Positions 50,341 to 64,000 of a stretch of 64,000 bases of DNA are shown here, one piece after another. How positions within the stretch are numbered: the stretch's first letter is position 1; each line of letters opens with the position of its first letter. The DNA comes from Basidiobolus meristosporus CBS 931.73. Its lineage: Eukaryota > Fungi > Basidiobolomycota. Location: NCBI GenBank assembly GCA_002104905.1, contig MCFE01000368.1:1-64000 (forward strand), given 5' to 3'. The position numbers and the translations under genes are program-made. The notes beneath the pieces were generated by a model, which had not been told where the DNA came from, did not search any database, and saw only the letters and a list, made by a program, of their open reading frames with translations.

Positions 50341-50764
50341 GAGATCATAAGAAGTCTTGATGACATCAGGATGAGCTAAGAATGCTGTAAGTAAATGCAT
50401 GAAGGTTCTAGGAAGTACAGCACATCTGACCAGTCTGGATTAGTACTCTGAAACCTATGTAACATAGGGATACCATAAGTAGAATGAAAATGGTAGTGAT
50501 GATGCTGTGGTTTGCTCATGTGCCAAAGGTCCTGGTGTGGGTACCTGCCTAATAAAGAAGCACTTATATGTAACAATCTTACATAAAGTGAGGGCTAACC
50601 TATGCCATAAAATGCTAGTAGCCATAGTTAGCCAGCTTATGGGGTAGTACTGATTAGATACAACAAACTGGATCAAACTAAACTAAGGGCAGTACAGACA
50701 TAGGAAAGTAAAAAATAAGGGAGTGAGCACATCTGTCAGTGGGTGTCACTTTGACATGATTACA
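50341..50764 (-). repeat. Family B fragment; right flank ATGG
   Basis: Ends GTGGGTGTCACTTTGACATGATTACA. Confidence 0.8.
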
Positions 50765-53700
50765 ATGGTGAATTGCTGACTAATTGGAAGCATTACAATA
50801 GTGGCATATCCCCATGTGAATGCCTTGCAATTGATACAAGATATTATCAGACTGGCCTCTGCAGCATATGTTGCCGGCAGCATGAAGGTTGTCCATTTCT
50901 ACAATGTGTATGAACAGCTGCATCCAAGAAATATTTTGGCCAGAAGTAGCAGCATATCTTCAAAGCCCCTGTTGTTGATAATGGTGAAAACATGCAACTT
51001 TTTGAGTAACAACATCTTATCACTCACCAGTAAATGGATAACTGGGCTCAGATGGCTCCATAAAGTATCCTTAGCATTTTTTCCACTAGTGCTCTCTTAT
51101 TAAATATTGGGACTTTATAAGCTTCATGCAGGACACTATTGTTAAGGGTGATAGGCTCCCAGTCTATCATTAGGTCTTCTTATTCAGAGCCATCACTTTA
51201 CATGCCAAAAAGAATTACTGAGATGATGATAGCTGTTATTTCCAGTGCGGGAGGAGCAGCCAGCTAAGCTACACTTTGTTAAATTGATGAGTTTGAAGAC
51301 AAAGGCAACTCATCTACTGCAGCCTCTATGCTATCCACTACAGAGAGTGGTGATCCCACAAACTGAGAGCACAGCAACATTAACAAATAACAGGACTATT
51401 GTGGTGCCTACAGTGTAAATTTGAATACATAACAGGCACAGCAAACAGGTGCAGCACTTCTATAAGTGCAATGCCCAAGTAAGCATGGTTGAATATTACA
51501 AGGATCTATTCCAGACACTGGCAGAAAAGGTGCTAGAACTTGCAGTATAAGCTGAAGACCAGAGCATCTTGCAACCAGTGAACAAACAATGGCACCAAGA
51601 TGTAGGTTCCTGTCAAAGTCAAGGAAACAAGGCATCACAGCAGAGAAACATATTAAGTGGTGGACCTGGTGGAGTTACCTGTTGAGTCTAGGGATAGATT
51701 CTATATTAGATACTGATAATTGAGGTGCCATAGCTTGCCATGCTGGCTGAAGACCAAGATATTTGGGGACTAATGAATGAACAGTGGCATCAAACAATAG
51801 GGTTCATGTTAATGTAATGGGCAAGGTCTAATGCAGAAGAACTCATTAGATGCATGATTTTAGTAACATTACTAATTGAATCTATGGCTGAGCTTAATGC
51901 TAGAGCTAGATATAGTGACTTGCATGGCTTAGTACAACTGGCAATCTAGTAACAGTGAAGACTAAATGAAAATATACCAACTTATGCCCATAAAACATAA
52001 GAGCATCATCCAAGCCTGGAAGTGTGGAGAATGAAAATGAAGCAATAACCAACCAATGTGCACAAATACAAGAGGTGATTGAATGTCTGTAATCAGAAGG
52101 TGCAATAATTGGCAGAGACCATTTAAAACTAATCATGTAGACTTGCAATGAACAACCGTGATCAGGTTATTAGTGAAATCTGAGGTGCAAGTTATTAAAG
52201 AACTTTTCAGCAAGTCCTTAGGGCAACAATACCTCTTAGTTGTGAGATCATAATTATATGACAGCCTTTGGATGGTAACTTGTTGCATTGCTTGCCAGTG
52301 GGACTTGCCCTCTGCTTGCAGTGGAGGATGTGGAGGCTATGGTAGAAGAAACATCTTACTCCACCAGCTCAGCTAGTGCACCAGAGAGTGGCACAACTGA
52401 GGCCAGTTCAAACAAGGGTCAAGTAACTACAGTGTAGTTGGTGAATCTACCAGGCCACTATGAGATTCAGAGTCTTCCAGGTTAGCAGGTTTTATTGATG
52501 ATAGCTGCAGCTTTTTTCTCATATTTCTATGTCTCTTGTCTGGGTAGACTTTCCTTCCTGTCTCTGCATCTTTACCACTGCCAGGTCTTGTATTGCTAAT
52601 CCAACTAAGTGTCTCTCATAAAAAAAGTTATGAACAGGCCAGCACAATACCATACCAATATTAACTAGATTTGAACTTTACTAAAAGTGACAACACTTGA
52701 TACTGTAGGTACTGGCTTCACAGCAGATAAGCAGACCTCACCCTATGAAAATGTTTGGGTTGTATGGGTTGATCCAATCTGGATCCGCTGTCAGGATCCC
52801 GCAAGGAGGCTGTCATAATGCTGGCAATTTGGAACAAAGGACCCTGTACACAATCTTTTGATGGGGTTGTAATGGTGTCTTGCTAATTTTACTGCTAAAT
52901 TAAGTTAAAAGCCTGACAGTGTTTGAACATTCTTTTGACACAAGCTCCATGGCATTCTAATAGTCTTCATGCACTCTACAGGTATTTGAGCAGCTCTAAC
53001 TGGCCAATACATCCAGTTGCCTCATATGACAGAAAACTAGATGGTGTTCTGACAGCCTCATTGCAAACCTCCAATTGCATTAGGACAGCAGTACAGCAGC
53101 CTACAGTTAGCTCTGTATAATGCTACTATGAATAAGTGGTATTTTCTTTTTTTTCCTCCCCTTGCACCATTCATATTTCCACTGTAAAATCCCCTCTTTA
53201 TTGCATACCCATTACTACCTTAGGTATTGCACATGTTGTTTAAATCAAAAGAAATTATGGTCTCCTGCTTACAAATCTCTGCATATATGCACACCAATCT
53301 CATTTGAAGTACATCTATCACCTTAACTTTCCAGCTCTTTAGTATGATACTTGCAAATTTCCATAAACCTTGAATTGCTGTCAACATAAACAACTTGCAG
53401 ACATATTCTTGGTGGCTGCCACTTTGGCCATGAAAGCCTCCAGAATATCTGCAAAGCACTTTTTGGTATTTAGCTGATATATATTCCTTCTCCCTACTGT
53501 ATTTAGTCCCTGTTATAGGTGTGCTCTGGCTCTTATTTGGGTGAATTCCATATTAATGGTGTAGAAATTGGCTTGGAACCAAGAGAAATCTGGCATACTT
53601 TAGTCAAGTGTTTGATTAAAAATTAATCTCTTGTTGCACCCAGCCCAACTTTGCATTCCTCAACTGATTACCCATGCATCATGGCTGCTTAGCTCTAAAT

Positions 53701-56700
53701 ACCAAAGGCATTTACTTTTAAAGCATAGGTGTCTACATGTGCACATCTGTCCTTCATATTTTCCAATTCTTTTGGCTGTCCATCATATGCTAACCATCAC
53801 ATCCATGGCAGACTTGAAGGTAATATTCTTGATGAGACTGGGATGTGGTAGTACCTGCAACATGACTCATCTTCCTATCTCCCCACACACCTGCTCCATA
53901 GGATACTCCCAAAGAATGCAGCAAGGCCCAATATTTTCCATACATGAAGCAAGATGGAATGGAGAATGGCCAAAGTAATGACAGAGTCTGATGGATTCAG
54001 CTCTATGCTTGTAGTATGGTTGCTCAAATTGCATCACAAACTCCCGGCATAAAGGCCGTAAACACATCAAGTTGACATTGGAGAGCCACTTCTAGATAAA
54101 TATTGCTACTATGTCAACATGTGACTCCTACTGTTCTTAATGTACACCTGGAAGGAGTGGCTTGAGATGGGCACTTGAATAAATACATATCCAGCTCATC
54201 CATTCCTGGAATTTGAATTATTTCATATTAATATGAGTATCTTTCAGAGCCCTTGATGAGTGCATCAGGTAGAAACTACTCTGTAATATCTTGTAAATTC
54301 TTTCAAACATCACTGGTATCTCATAGGTCTCATTTAGCTTGAAATACCCTATGTACAGCTTGGTCATTAATAAAGGGATTTTGATGAAAAGCTACTACAT
54401 TGCTACCATTGGAAAGCATTTGCTCCACCAGATACTATGTATGGTTAATATCTCCAGTTTCTGATTAATTCAAAATTCTGGCCAATGGCATATTGCATGT
54501 TCCATAAGCATTTTCCTGATTTCAAACAAGCAAAATGATTATGGGCCAGCAATGATATACTACAAATTACCTCAAGAGTAGTAAAAACTATCAAAGGCAG
54601 AAGAATAAGGGTGCAATTGTTAAAACCAGTGGCTTCCCCAAGAGCCCATCACCAGCAGGGCTGAAAGCTCCAAACAAGCACCAGGTAGCTAGAAGAGTGC
54701 TAATAAGGGAAGTGCAGGAAGACACAGATGCACCAGCACAACATTTTCCAAGGAAAATGTGTAGCTCTACTCAAGAAGCACTCATTCAAAGTAGTAGTGA
54801 AGGGCCTGGAGGTGATAAAAACAAGTGGCTACCTTGGGAGACCATCACAGCATGGGCTGAGAGCCTGAAAAAGCAGGAAAGAAACAACAGGTTGCTTGCA
54901 GAGTGCCAGCTAGGGACAAGCTGGTCTAAACAGATGCATCAAAGTGGCATTTATTAAGGAGAAAATGTAGTTTAATGCAACAAGCACTCAGAGGAAGTAG
55001 TAGTCAAAGGCCTGGCAGTAATAAAGGAAAGTCTACCCAATCAGAGACAGGGAGGCATGGGAAAAAGCTGCTATTCTTGCCAATTAACACCACAAGCCTG
55101 GAACAGACTGAATCCCACCATAGCCAAGAAGAGTTACCAACAAGAAAACAGCTGTTTTCACAGGAGTTGGAAGCACAGCCAGTTGAGCTACAGTCCAGTG
55201 GGGTAGATGGGTTTGCAGAGAAAGGCAATTTGTCTACCACAGTCTCCATATCCTCCATTGTTGACAGAGTGGAGTTCTCACTGACAGATAAAGTAACAAC
55301 ATCATGTACTCAAGAGGTTATCACAATGCCTTCAGTGGAACTTTGGAACATTAGTGTTCACACTAAGAGGTGGTTGTGCTTCTTTAAGCACAGTGCTCAA
55401 GAAAATGCACTTGAATATTGCAACACCGTATTGCCAAGACTGGCAGATGAGGTGCTAGACCTTAAAGTGCTGGCTGAAGGCCATGATGTATGGAAACCAG
55501 TGAATGAACAGTGGCATAAAGCTGTAGGGTTTCTGCCAAAGTCATGGAAAAGGAGTGACACAGCAGAAATACTTATTTAATGGTAAATTTTCATGGAGTT
55601 ACTTGTTGAGTGTGGGGTTGGGCTTAATGTTGGTGTAGGGCATAGGAACTTGTATAGGTCAATGCAATTGGCACATGAGGTACAACTGAAGCTTCAATGG
55701 AAATAAATCAATTTGTATGCATTAAAAGTAAGAGAAGCGGTTGAGTCAGATAGTAAGGAGTGTGAAAAAGAGGCAATAACCAATCAATGCACACAAATGT
55801 ATGAGGTGTTAGAGTGTCTGGGATAAGAATATGAGAAAATTGGCAGAAACCCAATCAAAAGCCACTTATGCATTGTTGTGATGAAAAAGTTTGACTAAGT
55901 TTTTTAATACATCTGGGGTGAGATAATTTTTGACAGTCTTTGCACAGTGTCCTGATGGGGTCAATACCTCTTAGTCTTGGGACTTGGAACCTGCAACAGC
56001 CTTTTAATATGATCAATGAAAAATTTTTCATAGAGCTGTACAAAACTATTGTACCAATATACCAAATGGTATTTCCTTTTTCTACCTCCCCTTGATTGCC
56101 CATCAACTACTGCCATTATAGAATCACCTTTCTTTATTTGCTTACCCAATACAGCCCAGGATATTCCACATTGTTTGTATCAAAAAAAAACTGTGGCCTC
56201 CTGCTTACTGACCTCCTCAAATGCACACATCTTCTGCAATTGACACACTTCTATTATATCAACTTTATGGCTTTTTGGTGTGATACTTGCAAAGTTGTCC
56301 TTTACCCTATATTACTGGTGACACATACATCTTGCAAGCATATGCTTGGTTGCTGCTAACTTTTCCAATGGAAACCTCCTGACTATCTGGAATGAAGTTC
56401 TTTGTGTTTTACCAGAGTTTTCCTTCTCCCTGCTAGATTCATGTCCCCCTTATAACTGTGCTTTGGCTCTTGCTTGTGTGAATTCTGTATTGAATGGTGT
56501 GGAAAATGGCTTGTGATGGAGAAAAATCTGGCATACCTTGGTAGAATTTCCTATCAAAAGTCATTTGCTTGTAGCACCCAACCCAACTTTGCATTACTCT
56601 ACTGATTATACATGCATTGGGGCTGCCTAGCCTCTTTATGTAAAGGGCATAGGTTTCTCCATGTGCCCCTCTGTCCTTAGTATTTTCCAACTGTTTCTGG

Positions 56701-58313
56701 CTATCCCTTTGGTCTTGTGGGAGGAACCAATGTTGATCAGCAGTCAGGATTTTGCTTGGAGACCGTCATAATACCAGCAGCTTGGAATTAGTGACCCTCT
56801 TGACAATCATATGATGGGATCATGACAGCATATTACTGATTTTACTGCTAAACAAAGTTATGCCACTTGACAGGGTTTGATTGGTGCTGTGACAATAATT
56901 GAATGGCATTTTTGTGGTCTTGTAGTGCTCTACAACAATTTTAAATGGATCTAACCAGCCAGGACATCCAATTGCCTTACATGGCAAAAAACTTGATGGT
57001 TTATCAGTGGCCTCACAGCAAGAATCTGAAGGCATTATTAAGACAGTATGGCAACCTACAATTGGTTCAATATGATGCTACCATACTAATTTACCAAATA
57101 GTATTTTCTTTTTCTACCTTCCCTTGTGCAATTCATATATTCCACTGTAGAATCACCCCTCTTTATTTGCTTACCTACTACTACCTTGGGTATTCCACAT
57201 ACAGCTTGAGTCAAAAAACACTATGGCCTCCTGCTTACTATCTTCTACCAACATGCACACCTGCCGCAAATGGTGTACTATTTAACCTCAACTTGGCGGC
57301 TTTTTAGTGTGATACTTACATAGTGGCCATATACCTTGTACTGCTGGTAACATATACATCTTGCAAACATATGCTTGGTTGTTGCCACTTCTGCCATGAA
57401 TGCCTCCTGAATATCAGCAAAGAACTAGCCAATATATTCCTTCTCCCAACTGGACTCTAGTCCCACTTATAGGTACCCTCTGGCTCTTATTTGTGTAAAT
57501 TCCATATTGAATGATGTAGAAGTTGGCTTGTGGCCATAAGAAATCCGGCATACAATGGTAGAGAGCTCCTAATAAAAATTAATTGAATGTTGCACCTGGC
57601 CCAACTTTGCATTACTTGACTGATTATCCATCCATTGAGGCTGCTTGGCTTCTTAATGACATAGGCATAGGTGTCTCCATGTGCACATCTGTTCTAAGTA
57701 TTTTCCAACTCTTCCTGGCTGTCCTCCATGCACCAACTCATAACATCCATGACAGACTTGAAGGTTATATTCTTGATGAGATTGGGATATGGTAGTATGT
57801 ACAACTTGACTCCTCTTACTATCTCCCCACATATCCGCTCCATAACCCAGCTTTGCATTACTTGACTGATTATTCATGCATTGGGGCTACTTAGCTTCTT
57901 AATGCCATAGGCATAGGTGTCTCCATGTGCATATTTGTCCTTGGTACTTTCTAACTCTTCCTGGCTGTCCTCCATGCACCAACTCATTGCATCCATGACT
58001 TACTTAAAGGTAATACTCTTGATGAGATTGGGATATGGTAGTCCCTACAATTTGAAATGTCTTCCTATCTCCCCACACATCTGCTCCATAGGAGACTCCC
58101 AAATGGTGAAACAAGGCACAATATCTCTACACATTAAGCAAGATTGAATAGAAAATAGATACAGCAGCAGCAGAGATCTACATGTTCAGCTTTATGTTTG
58201 TATTATAGCTGCTCAAATCCTGTTACAAACTCCTCACACATCAGCTGTAAATGCGTCAAGTTTGTGTTGAAGATTCAATTCTGGATAAATATTCCTTCAA
58301 TGTCCACAGATGA
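50765..58313. mobile_element. Jumbled CACTA/tnp2-like copies 3-4 (tnp2 pieces on -, accessory gene pieces on +); ~250-bp tandem duplication at 57600-58090
   Basis: Repeated homology to 13120-14950, 16700-17070 and 17950-19300. Confidence 0.82.
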
Positions 58314-58999
58314 CTCTTAGCTCATTCTGATGTCCTTAAGATTTCTATTAATCTCCAGAACCTTCTGGAACACCATGATTAGTAATCACCTAGCCAGTGA
58401 GAAAAATATATATGGGAGGCAATCCCTCAACAATAAATCATCATCCCTTTTATCAATATATTAACTTGTTGATTAGTGTGATCACTGCTACCTACTGCTC
58501 CCTGAACTTCCAACCCCAGACCACAGGACACTCCCAGGAAACTGCACTGACAGCCAACTGACCTTGGAGGCACTACTTGTGAGGAATACTCCGAGTAGGT
58601 ATCTTTGATTATATTTGATTCTTTCTCAAGTTTGTTATTGTACAGGCAAAGATACTTTTGTGTCTTTATAACTATCAGCCACAGCTGCATTCTTATCAAG
58701 TCCCTGCCAGTGGAGTTTACAATTGTTTTGGCTTTGGAAGCTTTAGTACATTGTCATCCCAAAGGACGCTAAGCCTAACACATACTTTTGTTAAGACACC
58801 AACTAAGTTGGGGATTGTAGCTCAATAGTTTTCCCTTGACAAGCTTGTGCTTTATTCCCCATCACATTAGATTAGAGTCAGAACCCAACTATTCCTAGCA
58901 AGCTTTTGCTAGAGGTTATTGCACCCAGTGAACACCCCACACACAAAACACTTGAGAGTTGTTGGATGTATCTCTCCCTTGGACCTATACACCACCACA
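58314..58999 (+). repeat. Family B 3' fragment; right flank ACAG
   Basis: Ends TATACACCACCACA, homologous to 10270-10907. Confidence 0.88.
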
Positions 59000-61900
59000 A
59001 CAGCTTCAGAATGCCACCTGAATAAGTACATATCCAGTTCATCCAGTCTTTGCATTTGTATTGTTGCATCTGCATATATATATATTGCTTGGAGCCCAAG
59101 AGAAGTACTTGGGGGAGGATGCTCTGTAATATCTTGACAATTCTTTCAAATCTCTCTGGTATCTCAAAGGTTTCATTTTGCTTGAAATGCCCCATGTACA
59201 ACTTGGTCATCAGTATAGGGATATTGTTGAAAAGCAAATGAATTGCTCCCGGTAGAAAGCTTTTGCTCCAATAGATACCCCCTATCTTAAGTGTTTCCAG
59301 CTTCCAATTGATTCCATTTTCTGGCCAATGGCTTATAGCCTGCCAACTTTGCTGCAATTGCATGCTGACTTCTGTATGTTCCCTTACATGACAGCCATTT
59401 ACTGTTATCCTGTTGGAAAGCATACAAAATTCATCTAGCAACGGATACAGGCAGATATCCAGGTTGGATGGTGATTTCAACCCAGATACCTCTGAGACCA
59501 TCATTAAATCTTTGCACTGACACCGTAAGATGGATAGCAGATTCAGGTAGATGAGAATCAGTGGCTTGCAGGATTTGCTGGTAGAGTACTTGTTTATTGA
59601 TAATCCATCAAGTGCTGTGGCAAATGCCTGATCATACATACACTCAAAGTAGACCATGCTTCTTAACTATTTTTTATGTTTGCCATTGAATATATTGAGT
59701 ATGTTTGCGCTTGATTGATATTGAGTGTGGTACTGTATAGCTTTACAATATTTGTTGGACTTCATTAGCTTCTTTAGACAGGTTATTACTGGAATGTATC
59801 TGGAGTGTGAACAATGTATTCCCTCAATGGTGGCATAGTACTGACAGTTTGGACATGCTGAAATGGTGGCATTTTTGGATGGGAATGCCATGCAACTGTC
59901 AATACATACTGGATTCTGGACAGTCTCTGGGTTGTATGTTGCCAGCTACATAGAGGTTGTCCACTTGTACCATGTAAATGGTAAGTTGCATCCAGGAATG
60001 ATTCTGGCAATAAGTAGTATTGAATCCTCAAAGCCCCCATTACTGATATCAGTGGAAATGTGCCACTTCTCTGGCCACAATACTACATCATTCACTAGTA
60101 GATGGATTACTGGGCTCACTTGGCTCCATAAAATATGCTTGGCATTTGTTTCAGCAGGTGTTGTCTCATTGCATATTGAGATTTGACCAGGCTCATGCAT
60201 GGTACTGTTGTTAGGGGAGATAGGCTCACAATCCATCAGCAAACCTTCTTTGTCAGAGCTATCACTTGGCTTGCCATATTCAGAAGGCTGAGGTGAGCTT
60301 ACAGGCATCACAAACTAACCCAACTCAGTTTATGCATGGTGATAAAGATAGCCAGGTGCTAATATATAAGTATCAACTGGCTGGCAAGATAATGTTGGTA
60401 CATTAGTGACTGGTAAATGGTCAAATATGATATGTTTGACAAAACACTGACCATGCTTATTGATAAAATTCCTATGCTCTCTGCATGCTTAACAGCTGAG
60501 TGGCTTGGTACAATAGTCACATGGTCTTTTTTCTCTTCTCTTACGGTGGTGAATCAAAGTAGTCTTGTCTATGGGGCAAACAGTTGACCTTCAGCAAATT
60601 AACACTATTATATCACTTTTTGGTCAATACTCATGCAAATTCAAGATAATCTTGTATTTGAGACATTGCACCTACTTGAATATAAGATTCAATAATTACC
60701 CTCCTTAGTAAGCATTATAAATAAAGTTGTGGCATCATATACATATGTATATGTGACACTATTTCCCCTTTGGTTTGGCTCACTTCCATATATATGCCAC
60801 CAAAAAATAGAGCAAAGTTGTCTGGCTCCCAACCAAACCCCACTGCTGACTGCAGCAGAAGAACAGTTAGACAAAAGATTGCTTTGGCATTCTGTGCAAA
60901 AAGCAGGGCTACATCTAAAAAAGACCATGTTGACAATGTGCCAACTGAAGGTAATAATGTAGACTCCTCAGGCTATCAGTCAAGTAAGCAATTGAGAGCC
61001 TTTGTGGAGCCACAAGCTGACCATTATGTTAAAGCAGATGAAAATATAGCAAGCACAGTACCCTCAGTTGAAGACCCGCAAGTAGCAGTGGAAGACCTGG
61101 CAGTGATCAAAATCAGTGGCTTTTACAGGACCCCATCACAACTATGGTTGAGAGCTTAAAACAAGCAGAAAAGAAACATCAGGAGGCCAGAATAGTGCCA
61201 GCAAGGGTCAAGCAGGCCAAAACAGATGCATCAGAGCTGAATTTAGCAAGGAGAAGATGTAGTTCATCACAAGAAGTACTTGAACAATGTAGCAGTGAAA
61301 GACCTGGCAGTGATAAAGGAAAAGGCAAAGGGAGAAATGTCTACCCATGCCGGAGATATGAAGCATGCAGAAAAAATGCAGTTCTTTCCAATTAATGCCA
61401 CAAGCCTGGAACAAACTGAATCCCATCATAGCCAAGAATAGTTACCAACAAGAAAGCAACTGCATTCACAAGAGTTGGAAGCACAGCCAGTTGAGATTCA
61501 GTCCAGTGAGGTAGATGAGTTTGCAGAAAAGGGCAATGCATCTACCACAGCATCCATTTACTCCATTGTGGACGGAGTGGAAATCCCACTGACTGACAAG
61601 GCTACATTGTCAAGAACTTGAAAGACTATGATGATGCCTTCAGTGGAATTTTGGAACATTAATAGCCATGCCTAGAGGTTGCAGCACTTTGTTGAGTGCA
61701 ATACTTAAGAAAATGCACTTGGATATTGCAAGGATTTACAGCAAGGACTGGCAGATGAAGTGCTGGACCTTGCCATGCTGGCTGAAGACCACAATGTGCG
61801 GGAACCAGTGAATGAAAAGTAGCATAAAGTCATTGGGTTTCCGCAAAAGTTGTGGAACCAGAGCATTACTGCAGATATACTTATTGAGTGGTGGACTTTG

Positions 61901-63532
61901 ATGGAGTTACTTGCTGAGTGTGGGGTTAGGCTTAAAGTTAGTGTAGGGTGTAGGGTCTTGTATAGGTCAATACAATTGGCAACTGAGGCACAACTAAAGC
62001 TTCAACGGTGTGGTGGTGTAGAGGTACTCCTGGGAGAAGCTAAACAACTCAAGGTGTGTGAGGTGTCTGATGGGTGCAATAACCTCTGTGTCTAAACTGC
62101 TGGTGTCTTTGTCAATATGTCACTATGGTAAAAGCTCATGCTTCTCTAGCTTCCTAGGTGCTCCAAGTGTCTCCAAAGGCCTCTGTGTGTCTTGTGCACT
62201 ACCCTGAAAAGCTCCTTGATGGCAGGTCTGAGATGTACTGTTGAAGGCAGGTGCAGTGATCAACTGCTAATCAATAAGGTAGAAGTGTTACTGATAGAAG
62301 GGATCATTTATTGATGAGGGATTGCTTTCCCTTAAATACTTTTCCTGATTGCCAAGTGATTACTAATGACAAGGTTCTAGAAGATTCTAGGTATCAGTGG
62401 AATTCTTGATGACATCACTATGAGCTAAAAATATGCCAAGAATGTCCTGGAAGGTTCTAAAAGGCACAGCACTCTCAACCAATCAGGAATCAGTAGTCTG
62501 AAACCTGTGCAACATAGAAATACCATATATGGTATTGAAATGGTAGAGATGGTAACACAGACCTAGGTCATGTGTCACGGGTACTGACACGGGTACTTGC
62601 CTTATATAGATACATCTACTGATCACAAAGCTGAATAACATCTGGGATAACTAATGCTAATAACTAATCAGGGTAAACATCATATGAGGATAATACTGAT
62701 AATATGGGCAAAAGAAGAATGGGATAATACTGATAAGATAAAATATGGATAAGTATATCATAATGACTATATGAATAAACTTGTCTGTGGGAGGTATGTT
62801 TACCCTACCACAACGGAAATAAATCAATTTGTACACATGAGAAGTAAGAGAAATGGCTGAGACAGGAAGTAAGGAGTATGAAAAGAGGCAATAGCCAATC
62901 AATTCACACAAATGTAGAAGGTGCTAGAGTGTCTGGGATCACAAGGTGAGCAAATTGGCAGGGAGCCAATCAAAAGCCACTTACATACTGCTGTGATGAG
63001 AAATCTTGACCAAATTTTTGTGAAATCTGGGGTGCATTATTTTTAAACAGTCTCCAGATGGGGTCCTGACAGGATCAGTACCTCTTAGTAATGGGACTTT
63101 AAATTTGTGATGGCCTTTTGACAGGATCATCACAATAACTTTTCATAGAGTATCCTTCATGTGCCAACTCATCACATCCATGATGGACTTGTAGGTTATA
63201 TTCTGGATGAGATTGGGATAAGCTAATACCTGCAACTTGACTAGTCTTTCTATCTCTCTGCATATCCACGCTATAAGAAACTCCAGAAGATAAGCAAGTT
63301 CAACTTGATAACTTATATAGGGATATTGTTGAAAGCAAATGCATTGCTCCCTGTGGAAAGCTTCTACTCTAACTGGTACCCACTACTTCAAATATCTCAC
63401 ATTTCCAATTGATTCCATATTCCAACCAATGGGCTATAGCTTGCCAACTTTGCTGCAACTGCATGCTGACTTCTGTACATTCTCTTTTTGGTAAGATGAT
63501 GCTCTTAGTGTTGGTGTTTGGATAATAATAAT
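59000..63532. mobile_element. CACTA/tnp2-like copy 5 (tnp2 on - from ~60570, accessory gene on + from ~60770) plus trailing tnp2 scraps
   Basis: Same divergent layout as 13012-20950; the tnp2 part has an internal deletion near 59388. Confidence 0.85.
62009..62812 (-). mobile_element. Diverged family B subfamily element, 804 bp, intact TSD ACGG
   Basis: ACGG at 62005-62008 and 62813-62816; ends TGTGGTGGTG..CCCTACCACA. Confidence 0.9.
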
Positions 63533-64000
63533 AGGCTTGTCCTGTTGAATAGTGCCAGATTGATCTGGCGCTCTATGGCACCATTTGACACTATAATTTC
63601 TACCATCATGCCAGTGGTAGGATATAGTTACTGGTGACTTTGTCCAGTCTTACTTATGTTGCTCAGAATAGTTCTTTCCTTGCTTTACTACTTTTTATGA
63701 TGCTTCAAACACATTTTTCTTAGTGAATATTTGTTGTAGGAATATATCATGCATTTATAAGTATGTTAAGTAATTTACCTATTCTGCTGTTCTCTCCTGG
63801 ATATGACTTTCCTCTGTATTCACCTGCAAAAATGCTGAATCTCTACAGATATCCAAATGTATGCTCTACTCTCACTCTCTAATGATTGAATATCTCATTG
63901 TAGAGCTTCTGTTTCCTGCTAGGCACACCATTTCTTGGCTTCCTATAGGCTGTAATATATCCTAATCTCTGACAATCCTCCCCTATAAAAGCTAAGTCTG
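63533..64000 (-). mobile_element. Third DDE_Tnp_4 element, 3' end with TIR AGGCTTGT; runs off the right edge
   Basis: Reverse-complement homology to 12520-12977; flank AAT. Confidence 0.88.

Noticed and set aside
2000-64000. Classical CpA-targeted RIP
   Set aside because: CpA/TpG remain abundant and AT content is moderate; the depletion is specific to CpG. Judged by eye, not computed.

Overview
Eukaryotic, most likely fungal, DNA. The lineage is inferred from a Cut5/Dpb11-type gene, 60-70 nt introns and fungal-type tnp2 elements; an early-diverging lineage is plausible but unproven. The first ~1.1 kb holds the 5' half of an intron-rich tandem-BRCT gene (Dpb11/Rad4-Cut5/TopBP1 orthologue, minus strand, running off the left edge). 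From ~1.5 kb to the end is a CpG-depleted, nested graveyard of decayed transposons. It contains two Ty1/copia families (A, E), one Ty3/gypsy family (D), several CACTA/tnp2-like elements with a divergent accessory gene, and a PIF/Harbinger-ISL2-like DDE family with its MITE. It also holds eight copies of a ~1.07 kb TG..CA repeat (family B) whose 4-bp target sites are almost all ACGG/GCGT or CpG-decayed forms of them. The one stretch not explained by known TE parts is a ~2.1 kb AT-rich, intronless, gene-dense island (27000-29126) encoding a degenerate XPG/FEN1 (Mkt1-like) protein plus three unknown ORFs. No rRNA, tRNA or CRISPR array was found. All protein family calls come from motifs recognised by eye; no database searches were run.
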